DNA from: Cytophagaceae bacterium
Lineage (GTDB): Bacteria > Bacteroidota > Bacteroidia > Cytophagales > Spirosomataceae
NCBI GenBank assembly: GCA_027491315.1
Contig: JAIXWL010000016.1
Span: 73,454 to 137,453, forward strand
Length of the DNA stretch: 64,000 bases
Direction: 5' to 3'
This document shows positions 1-9,800 of the stretch, in pieces. Position 1 is the first letter of the stretch, and each line of letters starts with the position of its first letter. The notes under the pieces were generated by a model. It did no database searches. It was not told where the DNA came from and worked only from the letters and a program-made list of their open reading frames with translations. Made by a program: the position numbers and the translations under genes.

Positions 1-1
1 G

Positions 2-937
2 GATGTTTTATTAGCGATTGCTAGATTTTGGAAACAACGCGTTAATTGGTCTGAAAACCTTCAAAAATATGTAATGCTGGGAGTTACAGGTCCCAATGAA
101 TACGAAAACAATGTAAACAACAACTGGTATACGAATTACTTGGCTACATGGTGCCTAAAATATGTACAAGAAGTGTACCACGAAATAAGCTCTTTATACC
201 CAGAAGAAGCTGCAATCAAATTTAAAAATTCTCATTTTAACCCAACCGAATTAGTTGATTTTGAGCACATTGTGCAACATATGTACTTTCCTCGAGATGA
301 AAAAAGGGAAATCTATTTACAGCAAGATGGCTTCTTAGATAAAGTAATAGCCCCAGTAGACCAAATTCCAACTCATCAAAGACCCATCAATCAACATTGG
401 TCATGGGATAGAATATTACGCTCATGCTACATCAAACAGGCAGACGTTTTGCAAGGCATGTACTTTTTTGAGTCAGATTTTAGTTTAGAAGAAATTGAAA
501 GAAATTATTCATTTTATGAGCCACTCACAGTACATGAATCATCATTAAGTCCATGTGTGCATAGTATTTTAGCTGCCAAATTGGGTAAAGAAGATAAATC
601 CTATGAATTTTATACCCGGGCAGCCCGTTTAGATTTGGATGATTATAATAATGATACAGAAGATGGCTGCCACATCACCAGCATGGCTGGTACCTGGATG
701 TCCATCATTAAAGGTTTCGCAGGACAAAGCGTACAAAATAATCAACTTCATTTAGCCCCTTTCTTACCTAAACAATGGAAAAGTTATCGCTTCAAAATTA
801 ATTTCAGGAAGGATCACTTAGAAATAGAAGTGAATCCATTAGGTGTAAAGGTTCAAAATTTAGCCAAGCACGAAACGGAAATTGTTATCCATCAGCAAAA
901 GGTTCAAATTCCGGCTAATTCAAGTATTATGATATAA
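2..937 (+). CDS. Glycoside hydrolase family 65 phosphorylase (maltose/trehalose/kojibiose phosphorylase type), C-terminal part; the 5' end lies outside the window
   Basis: The frame is open from nt 2 with no stop before the first Met at 74, so the gene is truncated by the window edge. Segments such as GPNEYENNVNNNWYTNY and DDYNNDTEDGCHITSMAGTWMS match my recollection of GH65 catalytic and C-terminal domains. A hairpin terminator follows. Confidence 0.75.
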   Translation, partial: DVLLAIARFWKQRVNWSENLQKYVMLGVTGPNEYENNVNNNWYTNYLATWCLKYVQEVYHEISSLYPEEAAIKFKNSHFNPTELVDFEHIVQHMYFPRDEKREIYLQQDGFLDKVIAPVDQIPTHQRPINQHWSWDRILRSCYIKQADVLQGMYFFESDFSLEEIERNYSFYEPLTVHESSLSPCVHSILAAKLGKEDKSYEFYTRAARLDLDDYNNDTEDGCHITSMAGTWMSIIKGFAGQSVQNNQLHLAPFLPKQWKSYRFKINFRKDHLEIEVNPLGVKVQNLAKHETEIVIHQQKVQIPANSSIMI

Positions 938-961
938 AAAAAGGCCTCAATGAGGCCTTTT
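938..961. terminator. Bidirectional rho-independent terminator between the convergent GH65 and desaturase genes
   Basis: AAAGGCCTC (940-948) pairs with GAGGCCTTT (952-960) around a 3-nt loop. An A-run lies on the left and a T-run on the right, so it reads as stem plus U-tract on both strands. Confidence 0.7.
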
Positions 962-981
962 CACTATCCAATAAAGGTTAT

Positions 982-1983
982 TTATTCTTTAGCCAAATCA
1001 ATATCAGGAGTGGAAACATCACTTAATACCACACCACCACGTTCTCTTCGAGCAATTCGTGAATACAAACCTACTTCTTGAGAAAACAAGAATGTAAAGA
1101 ACAACTTAACAAAAGAAGTATGGTATTTTAGGTTGTCATAATACTCAGGAGCTGCTGCTTTTAATTTAGGAAGGTTATTCCAAGGAATTGAAGGCATATC
1201 ATGGTGTTCATTGTGGTAACCCACATTCATATTAATTCCATTTAACCCACCATAGTAACTATATGTTTCCTGATTTTTATCCAAAACCAAATAATGTTCT
1301 TGAATCCAACGCGCTCCAAGCGGATGCAAACCTACAGAAAACATGAAACTTAAACCCATGTAAGCTAAGGCAGGCCAACCCCATAGATACACGATTAATG
1401 CATCAAAAGCAAATTGAGCTATGATGTTCATAATCACCCAACGATCAAATACTGCCAATTCGATACAACGTATGGTGCGAACAGCCTGGAAAAAAGGAAA
1501 TAATAATAACCATATGGCTTTTCCTATGAAATAGTTATTGATCAATTTCGCTTCCCAATAATCCGGTAAATCAGCATCCAATTCATGAACCCCTTGAAAA
1601 GCATGATGCTTTAGATGATAATTCTTAAAGGAAATGGCCGTAGGGAATAGGGAAGGAAAGTTGGCTATTATACCAGCAAACACATTCCAAGAATTCTTTT
1701 TAAATACTAAATTATGAGCCGTTTCGTGGATACATACGAAAAGCGTGTGTGTTGGGAAAGCTCCCACAAACCAAGCCACAGCTACAATTAACCACCAAGG
1801 GGAATCTTTTAAAAAATAGGCAAGTGTAATTTGTAAACCCACACAGGCTAAAATCCACCAAATAGTGTTAGGATTCTTACCTATAAGTTTTTTTACCTCC
1901 GGATGTTTTTTAATAATTTCTCTAGTACGTTGACGATGAGGCTCTGAACCTTCTACCCAAGTAAAGTCATTAAATTCAGACAT
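982..1983 (-). CDS. Sphingolipid delta-4 desaturase / dihydroceramide desaturase homologue (DEGS1 type, Lipid_DES N-terminal motif plus fatty acid desaturase domain)
   Basis: 333 aa with an ATG start. It has three His boxes (HETAH, HLKHH, HNEHH) and the N-terminal motif DFTWVEGSEPHRQRTREIIKKHPEVKKL. Long blocks are identical to human DEGS1 as I recall it: ISFK.YH..HH, GLHP, EHY, ETYSYYG.LN, NVGYHNEHHD.P.IP, EYYDNL, YSR. Confidence 0.8.
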   Translation of the reverse strand: MSEFNDFTWVEGSEPHRQRTREIIKKHPEVKKLIGKNPNTIWWILACVGLQITLAYFLKDSPWWLIVAVAWFVGAFPTHTLFVCIHETAHNLVFKKNSWNVFAGIIANFPSLFPTAISFKNYHLKHHAFQGVHELDADLPDYWEAKLINNYFIGKAIWLLLFPFFQAVRTIRCIELAVFDRWVIMNIIAQFAFDALIVYLWGWPALAYMGLSFMFSVGLHPLGARWIQEHYLVLDKNQETYSYYGGLNGINMNVGYHNEHHDMPSIPWNNLPKLKAAAPEYYDNLKYHTSFVKLFFTFLFSQEVGLYSRIARRERGGVVLSDVSTPDIDLAKE

Positions 1984-2154
1984 AATTGAACATTTTTTCT
2001 TGATACAAAGATAACATATATGCCTATTTACTGACGAAAATTATTGAATTTTATTCTTCGCAAGGTAGTATGTGACAATATGTCAGCATTTCCCTAAAAC
2101 GACTTTCATGGCATATTCCTTGTTACATGGTGGTGAAAAAATAAAATAATAATC

Positions 2155-4044
2155 ATGGGAAAAATTATTGGAATTGACCTAGGTACCACCAACTCATGTG
2201 TGGCCGTTATGGAAGGAAATGAGGCAGTTGTTATTGCTAACTCAGAAGGAAGAAGGACAACTCCCTCAATTGTAGCGTTTTTAGAGAATGGTGAGCGTAA
2301 AGTAGGAGACCCTGCCAAAAGACAAGCGATTACCAACCCTCAAAATACCATATCATCTGTAAAAAGATTTATGGGTAAAAAATATAGTGATGTTAGTTCT
2401 GAATTAAAAACAATATCATACCAAGTAGAAAAGGGTAATAACGATACCCCACGCGTTCGCATCGGTGATCGTTTATATACTCCACAAGAAATTTCTGCGC
2501 AGATCTTGACTAAGATGAAGCAAACTGCAGAAGACTATTTGGGACAAACTGTATCAGAGGCAGTTATTACAGTTCCTGCATATTTCAACGATGCAGAACG
2601 TCAAGCTACTAAGGAAGCAGGTCAAATTGCGGGCTTAGAGGTAAAACGTATCATCAATGAGCCTACAGCCGCTGCTTTAGCCTATGGTGTTGATAAGCAA
2701 GGTAAGGACATGAAGATTGCGGTGTTCGACTTAGGTGGTGGAACATTTGACGTATCCATCCTAGAATTAGGAGATGGGGTATTTGAAGTAAAATCAACCG
2801 ACGGAGATACACACTTAGGTGGTGATGATTTTGACCAAGTAATCATTGATTGGTTGGCACAAGAATTCATCGCCGATGAGAACATTGACTTGCGTAAAGA
2901 TCCAATGGCTCTTCAGCGTTTAAAAGAGGCTGCTGAGAAGGCAAAAATTGAATTGAGCTCTGGAGCATCCACTGAAATCAATTTGCCTTATATCATGCCC
3001 GTAAATGGCATTCCTAAGCACTTAGTTCGTAATTTAACTCGTGCTAAGTTTGAACAATTAGCTGATAGTTTAATTCAACGCACTTTGGAGCCTTGCAAAA
3101 GAGCGATGAAAAATGCGGGGTATTCTAATTCAGATATCGACGAAGTGATTTTAGTTGGTGGTTCTACTCGTATTCCTAGAATTCAAGAAGAAGTTGAAAA
3201 ATTCTTTGAGAAAAAACCTTCTAAAGGTGTAAATCCAGATGAGGTAGTTGCATTAGGTGCTGCTATTCAAGGTGGGGTTTTAACCGGAGAAGTAAAAGAT
3301 GTTTTGTTACTTGATGTGACTCCATTATCTTTAGGAATTGAAACAATGGGTGGTGTATTTACCAAGTTAATTGAAGCTAATACAACAATCCCAACAAAAA
3401 AGTCGGAAGTTTTCTCTACTGCCGCTGATAACCAACCATCTGTTGAGTTAAATGTATTGCAAGGAGAAAGACCTATGGCCAAGGATAATCGTTCATTAGG
3501 CCGCTTCCACTTAGATGGATTGCCACCAGCACAGCGTGGAGTTCCTCAAATTGAAGTTACTTTTGACATTGATGCCAATGGTATCTTACATGTATCTGCA
3601 AAAGATAAAGGTACTGGTAAAGAGCAAAAGATTCGTATCGAAGCTTCCAGTGGCTTAACTGATGCTGAAATTGAAAAAATGCGCAACGAGGCAAAGGCCA
3701 ACGAAGCTAACGATAAAATAGAGAAAGAGCGTGTTGAGAAAATCAACCAAGCTGATGCTTTAATTTTCCAAACTGAAAAGCAATTGAAAGAATATGGAGA
3801 GAAGCTTTCCGAAGGAAATAAATCAGCCATTGAAGGAGCTTTAGCTGAATTAAAAACAGCGCATGCTTCCCAAGATGTAGCAGCTATTGATGCTGGATTA
3901 GAAAAACTCAACGCAGCTTGGACTGCTGCTTCCCAAGAAATGTATGCTGCCGGTGAAACTGCAGGTACTACAGAAAATACAGCAGATGCTTCTGCCAATG
4001 GCTCAAGTGAAGCGGAAGATGTAGCTTTCGAGGAAGTAAAATAG
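2155..4044 (+). CDS. dnaK: Molecular chaperone DnaK (Hsp70)
   Basis: 629 aa. It carries the canonical motifs [35 protein letters not shown] and a C-terminal acidic EEVK-type tail. Confidence 0.98.
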   Translation: MGKIIGIDLGTTNSCVAVMEGNEAVVIANSEGRRTTPSIVAFLENGERKVGDPAKRQAITNPQNTISSVKRFMGKKYSDVSSELKTISYQVEKGNNDTPRVRIGDRLYTPQEISAQILTKMKQTAEDYLGQTVSEAVITVPAYFNDAERQATKEAGQIAGLEVKRIINEPTAAALAYGVDKQGKDMKIAVFDLGGGTFDVSILELGDGVFEVKSTDGDTHLGGDDFDQVIIDWLAQEFIADENIDLRKDPMALQRLKEAAEKAKIELSSGASTEINLPYIMPVNGIPKHLVRNLTRAKFEQLADSLIQRTLEPCKRAMKNAGYSNSDIDEVILVGGSTRIPRIQEEVEKFFEKKPSKGVNPDEVVALGAAIQGGVLTGEVKDVLLLDVTPLSLGIETMGGVFTKLIEANTTIPTKKSEVFSTAADNQPSVELNVLQGERPMAKDNRSLGRFHLDGLPPAQRGVPQIEVTFDIDANGILHVSAKDKGTGKEQKIRIEASSGLTDAEIEKMRNEAKANEANDKIEKERVEKINQADALIFQTEKQLKEYGEKLSEGNKSAIEGALAELKTAHASQDVAAIDAGLEKLNAAWTAASQEMYAAGETAGTTENTADASANGSSEAEDVAFEEVK

Positions 4045-4046
4045 TT

Positions 4047-4115
4047 AAATAGGTTTAGAGGTTTATTTAAACTCCCAGCAGTTACGCTGGGAGTTTTTTG
4101 TTGGTAAACCTATTT
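4047..4115 (+). terminator. dnaK rho-independent terminator nested inside an 11-bp outer inverted repeat
   Basis: The core stem is CTCCCAGC (4072-4079) paired with GCTGGGAG (4086-4093), followed by TTTTTT (4094-4099). The outer perfect inverted repeat is AAATAGGTTTA (4047-4057) and TAAACCTATTT (4105-4115). Confidence 0.8.
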
Positions 4116-4150
4116 GAGTTATATCTAAATTTCCAAGAGAAAATCTTGGC

Positions 4151-5197
4151 TTAGCCATGAATGGGCTTTTTTCGGAATTTTAGAGGTTGGCCGTCGCGCT
4201 TATTTTTCTGTGCAACTATTTCAGCTACAATTGAAATGGCAATTTCTTCGGGACCCTCTGCGCCCAAATCAAGGCCAATGGGACTCGATATTTTATTTCT
4301 TAAGTCAGAAATAGCTATTCCTGATTTCAATAAATGATCTTCTAATTTATCCATGCGTTTCTGTGGCCCTAAAATACCCCAAAAAGTAAATTGGCTTAAG
4401 GAACTTAATTTCTTCATCAAAAACACATCTCGATCAAAATCATGGGTCATCATGACCAAATGGTCATTGGGAAGAATGGAATATTCAGCTTCCCAATCAT
4501 AAATAGCATGTACCGACTTCTTAGCTAATGGATTCATCTTCTGTGTATTTCCTACCCAATGTATTTCCCAAGCTAAAAGTTGGATTTGTTGAATCAGCGC
4601 CATGGCATCAAATTGATTACCAAAAATCCAAATACGTGGCATAGGAGGAACGTATTCCAATAAGGTAGATTTATTTTGATTCAGGTGATATTGAGCTATT
4701 TTTTGTTCTAGCACCTGCTTTTTTTCTGTATCAAAGTGATGTAACACGGATTCAGCTATATAGCTAAATTCAAATTGATCTAGTTTATTTTCATCCCATA
4801 CACTACACAAAACACCAGCCTCATTGGAAGCAATGGCTTGTTTCATGGCAATACAAATAGCCTCTAAATGAGAACGAATAGGATCTATCACAATATCAAT
4901 CAAACCTTGACAACCTAAACCAACTCCTAATTGAAAAGGATCATCCTCACGAGTATCATAAGTGACCGTTTTGATTTGTTGCCGCATCATGGCCATTTGA
5001 GCTTTTTTCAACATATCTCCTTCCAAACAGCCCCCGCTTATAGCTCCCCACCAATTACCATCTCCAGTAACTAACATCCTAGCACCAGGTCTACGATATG
5101 CCGATCCATCTACATGAACCACCGTAGCTAAGGCTAAGTCCGTATTTTCAACTAATAATTGCTCTAATCGATTAACTATTTGAATCCAATCTTTCAT
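4151..5197 (-). CDS. XdhC/CoxI family molybdenum-cofactor insertion/sulfuration accessory protein
   Basis: 348 aa. The N-terminal XdhC_CoxI signature is ATVVHVDGSAYRRPGARMLV...GAISGGCLEGD. The C-terminal Rossmann-like half contains IWIFGNQFDAMAL. Its ATG overlaps the stop of the upstream desulfurase (ATGA, 5194-5197). Confidence 0.8.
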   Translation of the reverse strand: MKDWIQIVNRLEQLLVENTDLALATVVHVDGSAYRRPGARMLVTGDGNWWGAISGGCLEGDMLKKAQMAMMRQQIKTVTYDTREDDPFQLGVGLGCQGLIDIVIDPIRSHLEAICIAMKQAIASNEAGVLCSVWDENKLDQFEFSYIAESVLHHFDTEKKQVLEQKIAQYHLNQNKSTLLEYVPPMPRIWIFGNQFDAMALIQQIQLLAWEIHWVGNTQKMNPLAKKSVHAIYDWEAEYSILPNDHLVMMTHDFDRDVFLMKKLSSLSQFTFWGILGPQKRMDKLEDHLLKSGIAISDLRNKISSPIGLDLGAEGPEEIAISIVAEIVAQKNKRDGQPLKFRKKPIHG

Positions 5198-6381
5198 ATT
5201 AGCAGTTTTTGTAAACTTTGAATGAAGTAATTTTTAACCCACTCATGGTCTTCCATTAAATACAAATGAGACAATGATATCCGTACACTTGACAAGGCCG
5301 TTTCGTCATCTCTCCCCAAGGCTTTAATCACATGCGATGGGAAAGTTGATTTCGAGTTACAAGCTGAACCATTGGATAGTGCCAACAATGGCATAGATCT
5401 AAAAAGTCGTTCCCAATCCAATCCCGTAATAGAAAAGTTTAAAATATGAGGAATCTGATTCTTAGAAACAGAATTGAACACAATACGATGTCCCAAGTTC
5501 TCTTTAAATAAACTTTCTAAATCGCTTTTAATGGCTTCTATGGCTGGCAAATAAGCCAAAAGCTGTGGAATCCCTTCAAAAGCCTTAGCTAATCCCACAA
5601 TCAATGGAACGGGCAATGTACCCGCTCGTAACCCTCGTTCTTGAGAGCCGCCAAATTGTCGAGCTTGTAAGGCTATACCTTCCTTAACAAGAAGTGCTCC
5701 AATTCCTTTAGGACCAAAGATTTTATGAGCTGAAAAACTCAATAAATCAGGTAAACATGATTGAGCTATATCCAACTTGCCTAAAGCTTGAGTAGCATCA
5801 CTGTGGCAGTATATACCCTCTTTTTGACACCATTGGGCAATACCAGAAATATCGCTTACCGTACCAATTTCATTATTCACCCACATGATGGAAACCAAAC
5901 GAGTATTTAGCTTTCGAGCAGCCTGAATTTGTTCCAAACTAATTTCACCAAATTCATTGGGTAAAAGATAGGTAACATCCCAACCTTTGGATGCTAAATA
6001 GGCCATAGGCTCTAATACAGCTTTATGTTCAATAGCAGAGCTTATGATGTGGCCAGGAGATTCATTCTCCAACAATCCCAAAATCCCTAAATTATTTGAC
6101 TCCGTTGCACCTGAAGTGAATAATACAGCATTGGGCTTGATAGAAAAATAAGCCGCTATTGTTTTCCTTGCTTGATCAACAGCATCAGCTGCTTCCCATC
6201 CAAATATATGTTGATTAGAGCCGGCATTGCCATATTGTTGACTAAAATAGGGAATCATAGCATCCAATACTACAGGAGCAACAGGAGTGGTGGCAGCATA
6301 ATCTAAATAAACAGAGCGATTCAATTGATGAGCTGTTGGATGTAGAACAAAGATACATGACGGGCATGAAAAAAGTCCCAA
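5194..6381 (-). CDS. Cysteine desulfurase (class V aminotransferase, NifS/IscS-like)
   Basis: It has VYLDYAATTPV near the N-terminus, the PLP-lysine motif SFSAHKIFGPKG and the active-site Cys loop ALSNGSACNS. The track start (TTG at 6381) sits inside the rplT terminator hairpin. An in-frame TTG at 6324, giving MNRSVYLDYAATTP, is the more likely start. Confidence 0.85.
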   Translation of the reverse strand: MGLFSCPSCIFVLHPTAHQLNRSVYLDYAATTPVAPVVLDAMIPYFSQQYGNAGSNQHIFGWEAADAVDQARKTIAAYFSIKPNAVLFTSGATESNNLGILGLLENESPGHIISSAIEHKAVLEPMAYLASKGWDVTYLLPNEFGEISLEQIQAARKLNTRLVSIMWVNNEIGTVSDISGIAQWCQKEGIYCHSDATQALGKLDIAQSCLPDLLSFSAHKIFGPKGIGALLVKEGIALQARQFGGSQERGLRAGTLPVPLIVGLAKAFEGIPQLLAYLPAIEAIKSDLESLFKENLGHRIVFNSVSKNQIPHILNFSITGLDWERLFRSMPLLALSNGSACNSKSTFPSHVIKALGRDDETALSSVRISLSHLYLMEDHEWVKNYFIQSLQKLLI

Positions 6382-6397
6382 ATTTCTTTGGGACTTT
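6369..6397 (-). terminator. Rho-independent terminator after rplT
   Basis: On the minus strand the sequence reads AAAGTCCCA-AAGAAATT-TGGGACTTT followed by TTTTTT. On the plus strand this is the stem 6372-6380 / 6389-6397 with the A-run at 6369-6374. Confidence 0.75.
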
Positions 6398-6420
6398 CTT
6401 ATTAGTATTTAAACTAAGGA

Positions 6421-6765
6421 TTAACCTAATTTATTAATTACTGCTTTGAACGCTTCTGGGTGGTTCATCGCTAAATCAGCTAAAACTTTACGGTTTAAAG
6501 TCATTCCTGATTTGTTGAATTTGCCCATGAAAGCTGAATAAGACATTCCTTCTTGACGAGCAGCAGCATTAATACGCTGAATCCATAATCCTCTGAAATC
6601 TCTTTTCTTTACTTTGCGATCACGGTATGCATATTGCAAACCTTTCTCAACTTTGTTTTTGGCTACGGTCCAAACGTTTTTTCCGCGACCATAAAAGCCT
6701 TTGGCTAATTTTAAGATTTTTTTTCTGCGAGCTCTAGAAGCTACATGGTTGACACTACGTGGCAT
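6421..6765 (-). CDS. rplT: 50S ribosomal protein L20
   Basis: 114 aa. The N-terminus [30 protein letters not shown] is typical of L20, and the gene holds the last position of the thrS-infC-rpmI-rplT cluster. Confidence 0.97.
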   Translation of the reverse strand: MPRSVNHVASRARRKKILKLAKGFYGRGKNVWTVAKNKVEKGLQYAYRDRKVKKRDFRGLWIQRINAAARQEGMSYSAFMGKFNKSGMTLNRKVLADLAMNHPEAFKAVINKLG

Positions 6766-6847
6766 AGAAATTTGTTTTTTGAAATTGAGGCGACTTTTTA
6801 CAGTACTTTAGGCCTTATTTCTGGTTGAACAATAACTTAAATTGATA

Positions 6848-7042
6848 TTAAAGACCTAACATTAAGTTTACACGGTCCATATCAGATGGAGAAACTAAGG
6901 TCGCGTGAACTAAGTTACGCTTCTGCTTAGTCGTTTTTTTAGTAAGGATATGGCTATGAAAAGCGTGTTTACGCTTGATTTTACCAGTTCCAGTTACTTT
7001 GAAACGTTTCTTTGCTCCAGAGTTGGTTTTAATTTTTGGCAT
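6848..7042 (-). CDS. rpmI: 50S ribosomal protein L35
   Basis: 64 aa, [36 protein letters not shown], in the conserved position between infC and rplT. Confidence 0.95.
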   Translation of the reverse strand: MPKIKTNSGAKKRFKVTGTGKIKRKHAFHSHILTKKTTKQKRNLVHATLVSPSDMDRVNLMLGL

Positions 7043-7128
7043 TATAGTAAAAATTAAATTTAAAATTGGGAATGCAAAAGTATAAAAAATACCCTTTAAT
7101 TCCCTGTTTTGATGAAAAAAAATTGAAA

Positions 7129-7689
7129 TTATTTCTTAGCCGCCTTAGGGGAGAAGATAATGCTCATACGCTTACCCTCTAATTTAGGCATGTCATCAGG
7201 TTTACCAAATTCTTCTAGTCCTTTGGCAAAATTCAATAACAACATTTCCCCGCGTTCTTTAAACACAATAGTACGTCCTACGAAGTGAACATAAGCCTTC
7301 ACTTTAGCACCTTCTTTTAAGAAATTCACGGCATGTTTTAATTTAAAATTAAAATCATGCTCGTCGGTATTAGGACCGAAACGAATTTCCTTTATGACGG
7401 TTTTCGTAGCATTAGCCTTAATCTCTTTTTGCTTTTTCTTTTGATCATACTTGAATTTAGCATAATCAATAACCTTACAAACAGGAGGAACGGCATTCGG
7501 AGAGATTTCCACCAAGTCTAAACTTTGAGATTCAGCAATGGCTAAAGCTTTGGAAAACTCATAAACTCCTTGCTCAATATTTTCTCCAACCAATCGCACT
7601 TCTGCAACCCCACGGATTAAATTATTGATTCTGTAAGGCTCCTCTTCTCGTTTGTTTCCTCGGTAATTGTTATTGGGGCGTAAAGCCAT
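7129..7689 (-). CDS. infC: Translation initiation factor IF-3
   Basis: 186 aa with [40 protein letters not shown] and [14 protein letters not shown]. The start is ATG, and an in-frame stop lies 18 nt upstream. Confidence 0.95.
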   Translation of the reverse strand: MALRPNNNYRGNKREEEPYRINNLIRGVAEVRLVGENIEQGVYEFSKALAIAESQSLDLVEISPNAVPPVCKVIDYAKFKYDQKKKQKEIKANATKTVIKEIRFGPNTDEHDFNFKLKHAVNFLKEGAKVKAYVHFVGRTIVFKERGEMLLLNFAKGLEEFGKPDDMPKLEGKRMSIIFSPKAAKK

Positions 7690-7806
7690 AAAGTAAAATT
7701 TCGTTTAATAATTATTGTTAATTCTTGAATTCAATTCGAAAGCTATATCAATTTTAACGCATTTGCAAACAAAAGAGTTTCAAGCAATTGATAATCGCCA
7801 ATAAAT

Positions 7807-9747
7807 CTATTTATCGTGCGTCAATTGTTGTATTTCATCCTGTGCAATTGCCATGAATGCATCTAAAGTCATAGAACCTAAATCACCCTGACCTTTTTTA
7901 CGTATACTCACCAATCCTTCAGCTTGCTCTTTGTCTCCTACAATAATCATGAAGGGTACTTTGGAAACTTCAGCATCACGAATTTTACGACCAATCTTCT
8001 CATCACGGTGATCTACATAACCCCTTAAATCACGCTCTTGTAAGCGCAAATAGATTTCATTGGCATAATCCTCGTATTTCTCAGAAATAGGTAATACGGC
8101 CAATTGATCGGGAGATAACCACAATGGGAAATTTCCCGCTGTATTTTCAATCAAAATGGCCACAAAACGCTCCAATGAACCAAAAGGTGCACGGTGAATC
8201 ATCACAGGGCGATGTTTTTGGTTATCCGACCCTGTATATTCCAATTCAAATCGTTGAGGTAATTGATAATCTACTTGGATGGTACCCAACTGCCATTTTC
8301 TTCCCAAGGCATCACGTACCATAAAGTCTAACTTAGGGCCGTAGAAGGCAGCCTCGCCATATTCTACCACATAAGGTAGGCCTTTTTCTTGAGCCGACTT
8401 AATGATTGCAGCTTCTGCTTTTTCCCAATCCTCGTCGCGACCAATGTATTTTTCTCGATCTGTTTTATCTCGTAATGAAACCTGGGCTGAAAATTCATTG
8501 AAACCTAATGCCTTGAATACATATAGAACCAAATCAATCACTTTCATGAATTCATCTTCAACTTGGTCTGGACGACAGAAAATATGTGCATCATCCTGAG
8601 TAAAACCACGTACTCGCGTAAGTCCATGTAATTCTCCGGATTGCTCATAGCGATAAACTGTACCAAACTCCGCTAAACGCAAAGGTAAATCCTTATAAGA
8701 ACGTGGTTTGGTTTTGTAAATCTCACAGTGGTGAGGGCAGTTCATCGGTTTCAATAAAAACTCTTCTCCTTCATCCGGCGTATGAATTGGTTGAAATGAA
8801 TCTTTACCGTATTTAGCATAGTGACCTGAAGTCACATACAATTCTTTACTTCCAATATGAGGAGTCACTACAGGAGAATAGCCTGCACGTACTTGGGCTC
8901 TACGCAAGAAGTTCTCCAATCTTTCACGAAGTATCGTTCCCTTAGGTAACCACAAAGGTAAACCTAAGCCTACTTTTTCAGAGAAAGCAAATAACTCCAG
9001 CTCTTTTCCTAATTTTCTATGATCGCGGCGCTTAGCTTCTTCCAACAAGAATAAATACTCTTCTAATTCTTTTGCCTTAGGAAAAGTAATGGCATAGATA
9101 CGGGTCATTTGTTTACGCTTCTCATCTCCACGCCAGTAGGCGCCCGCAACGCTCAATAACTTGACCGATTTGATAAAGCCCGTTTGAGGAATGTGTGGTC
9201 CACGACATAAATCCGTGAAGTTACCTTGGGTATAAAAGGTAATTGAGCCATCCTCCAGACCTTCTAAAAGTTCTAGTTTATACTCATCATCTTTCTCTTG
9301 GAAATAGGCGATAGCATCAGCTTTGGCAACTGGTTTACGTAAATATTCACTCTTTTGGCGGGCCAATTCAAGCATTTTGTCTTCAATTTGCTTAAACTGA
9401 TCACTTCCAAATTCTTTACCTCCTAAATCAATATCATAATAAAACCCATTTTCAATAGCCGGACCAATACCAAACTTAGTTCCTGGATATAAAGCTTCAA
9501 TCGCTTCTGCCATTAAGTGAGCAGATGAATGCCAAAATGTCTTTTTACCTTCGGTATCATTCCAGGTTAATAATTGAACTTGCGCATCGGATTGAATAGG
9601 AGTAGAGGCATCCACTACTTGATCATTCACTTTGGCAGCCAACACATTTCTTGCTAAACCTTCTGAAATTGACAAGGCAATTTCCATAGGCGTTACACCT
9701 GAATTATACTCACGGATATTTCCGTCGGGAAAGGTAATTTTTATCAT
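7807..9747 (-). CDS. thrS: Threonine--tRNA ligase
   Basis: 646 aa with an N-terminal TGS domain, the editing-domain motif [10 protein letters not shown], the class II core [26 protein letters not shown] and a C-terminal anticodon-binding domain. Confidence 0.97.
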   Translation of the reverse strand: MIKITFPDGNIREYNSGVTPMEIALSISEGLARNVLAAKVNDQVVDASTPIQSDAQVQLLTWNDTEGKKTFWHSSAHLMAEAIEALYPGTKFGIGPAIENGFYYDIDLGGKEFGSDQFKQIEDKMLELARQKSEYLRKPVAKADAIAYFQEKDDEYKLELLEGLEDGSITFYTQGNFTDLCRGPHIPQTGFIKSVKLLSVAGAYWRGDEKRKQMTRIYAITFPKAKELEEYLFLLEEAKRRDHRKLGKELELFAFSEKVGLGLPLWLPKGTILRERLENFLRRAQVRAGYSPVVTPHIGSKELYVTSGHYAKYGKDSFQPIHTPDEGEEFLLKPMNCPHHCEIYKTKPRSYKDLPLRLAEFGTVYRYEQSGELHGLTRVRGFTQDDAHIFCRPDQVEDEFMKVIDLVLYVFKALGFNEFSAQVSLRDKTDREKYIGRDEDWEKAEAAIIKSAQEKGLPYVVEYGEAAFYGPKLDFMVRDALGRKWQLGTIQVDYQLPQRFELEYTGSDNQKHRPVMIHRAPFGSLERFVAILIENTAGNFPLWLSPDQLAVLPISEKYEDYANEIYLRLQERDLRGYVDHRDEKIGRKIRDAEVSKVPFMIIVGDKEQAEGLVSIRKKGQGDLGSMTLDAFMAIAQDEIQQLTHDK

Positions 9748-9800
9748 TCGTACAAATTTTATGCAATTTACAAATTAAGCAGGAATATTAGGAGCGTATT

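Noticed and set aside
2073-2085. Possible heat-shock operator upstream of dnaK (TGACA-ATA-TGTCA inverted repeat); a search for a CIRCE element
   Set aside because: No CIRCE-like TTAGCACTC-N9-GAGTGCTAA is present. The 5-bp-arm palindrome is too short to distinguish from chance in AT-rich DNA.
2106-3998. Four ORFs (76, 67, 71 and 150 aa) antisense to dnaK, including a 150-aa one at 3546-3998
   Set aside because: They lie entirely inside the strongly supported dnaK frame. Their translations are Ser/Ala/Pro-rich low-complexity mirror images of a GC-biased codon pattern. Long antisense ORFs opposite hsp70 genes are a known compositional artefact.
4055-4061. A single TTAGAGG heptamer in the dnaK terminator region as a possible second locus of the heptamer family
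   Set aside because: It is one isolated unit inside an unrelated inverted repeat, which is expected by chance.
6324-6381. N-terminal extensions implied by the ORF-track starts of the desulfurase (TTG 6381), ispG (TTG 62430), the LuxC-like gene (TTG 45044), DUF2461 (TTG 42308), the DUF2452-like gene (TTG 17001) and the aminotransferase (TTG 36452)
   Set aside because: The extensions run into the upstream terminator hairpins (6381, 62430), or come within 22 nt of a divergent start (45044), or precede nearby ATG codons that give family-typical N-termini. I consider them longest-ORF artefacts, though starts cannot be proven from sequence alone.
7690-7806. Leader or attenuator RNAs such as T-box, L20-leader or ThrRS operator upstream of thrS, infC, rpmI or trpS (spacers 9748-9800, 7690-7806, 7043-7128, 42309-42409)
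   Set aside because: The spacers are 53-117 nt and AT-rich, and I could find no specifier or T-box sequence or convincing conserved helices. infC uses a normal ATG (an in-frame stop lies 18 nt upstream), not the AUU start used for autoregulation in E. coli.
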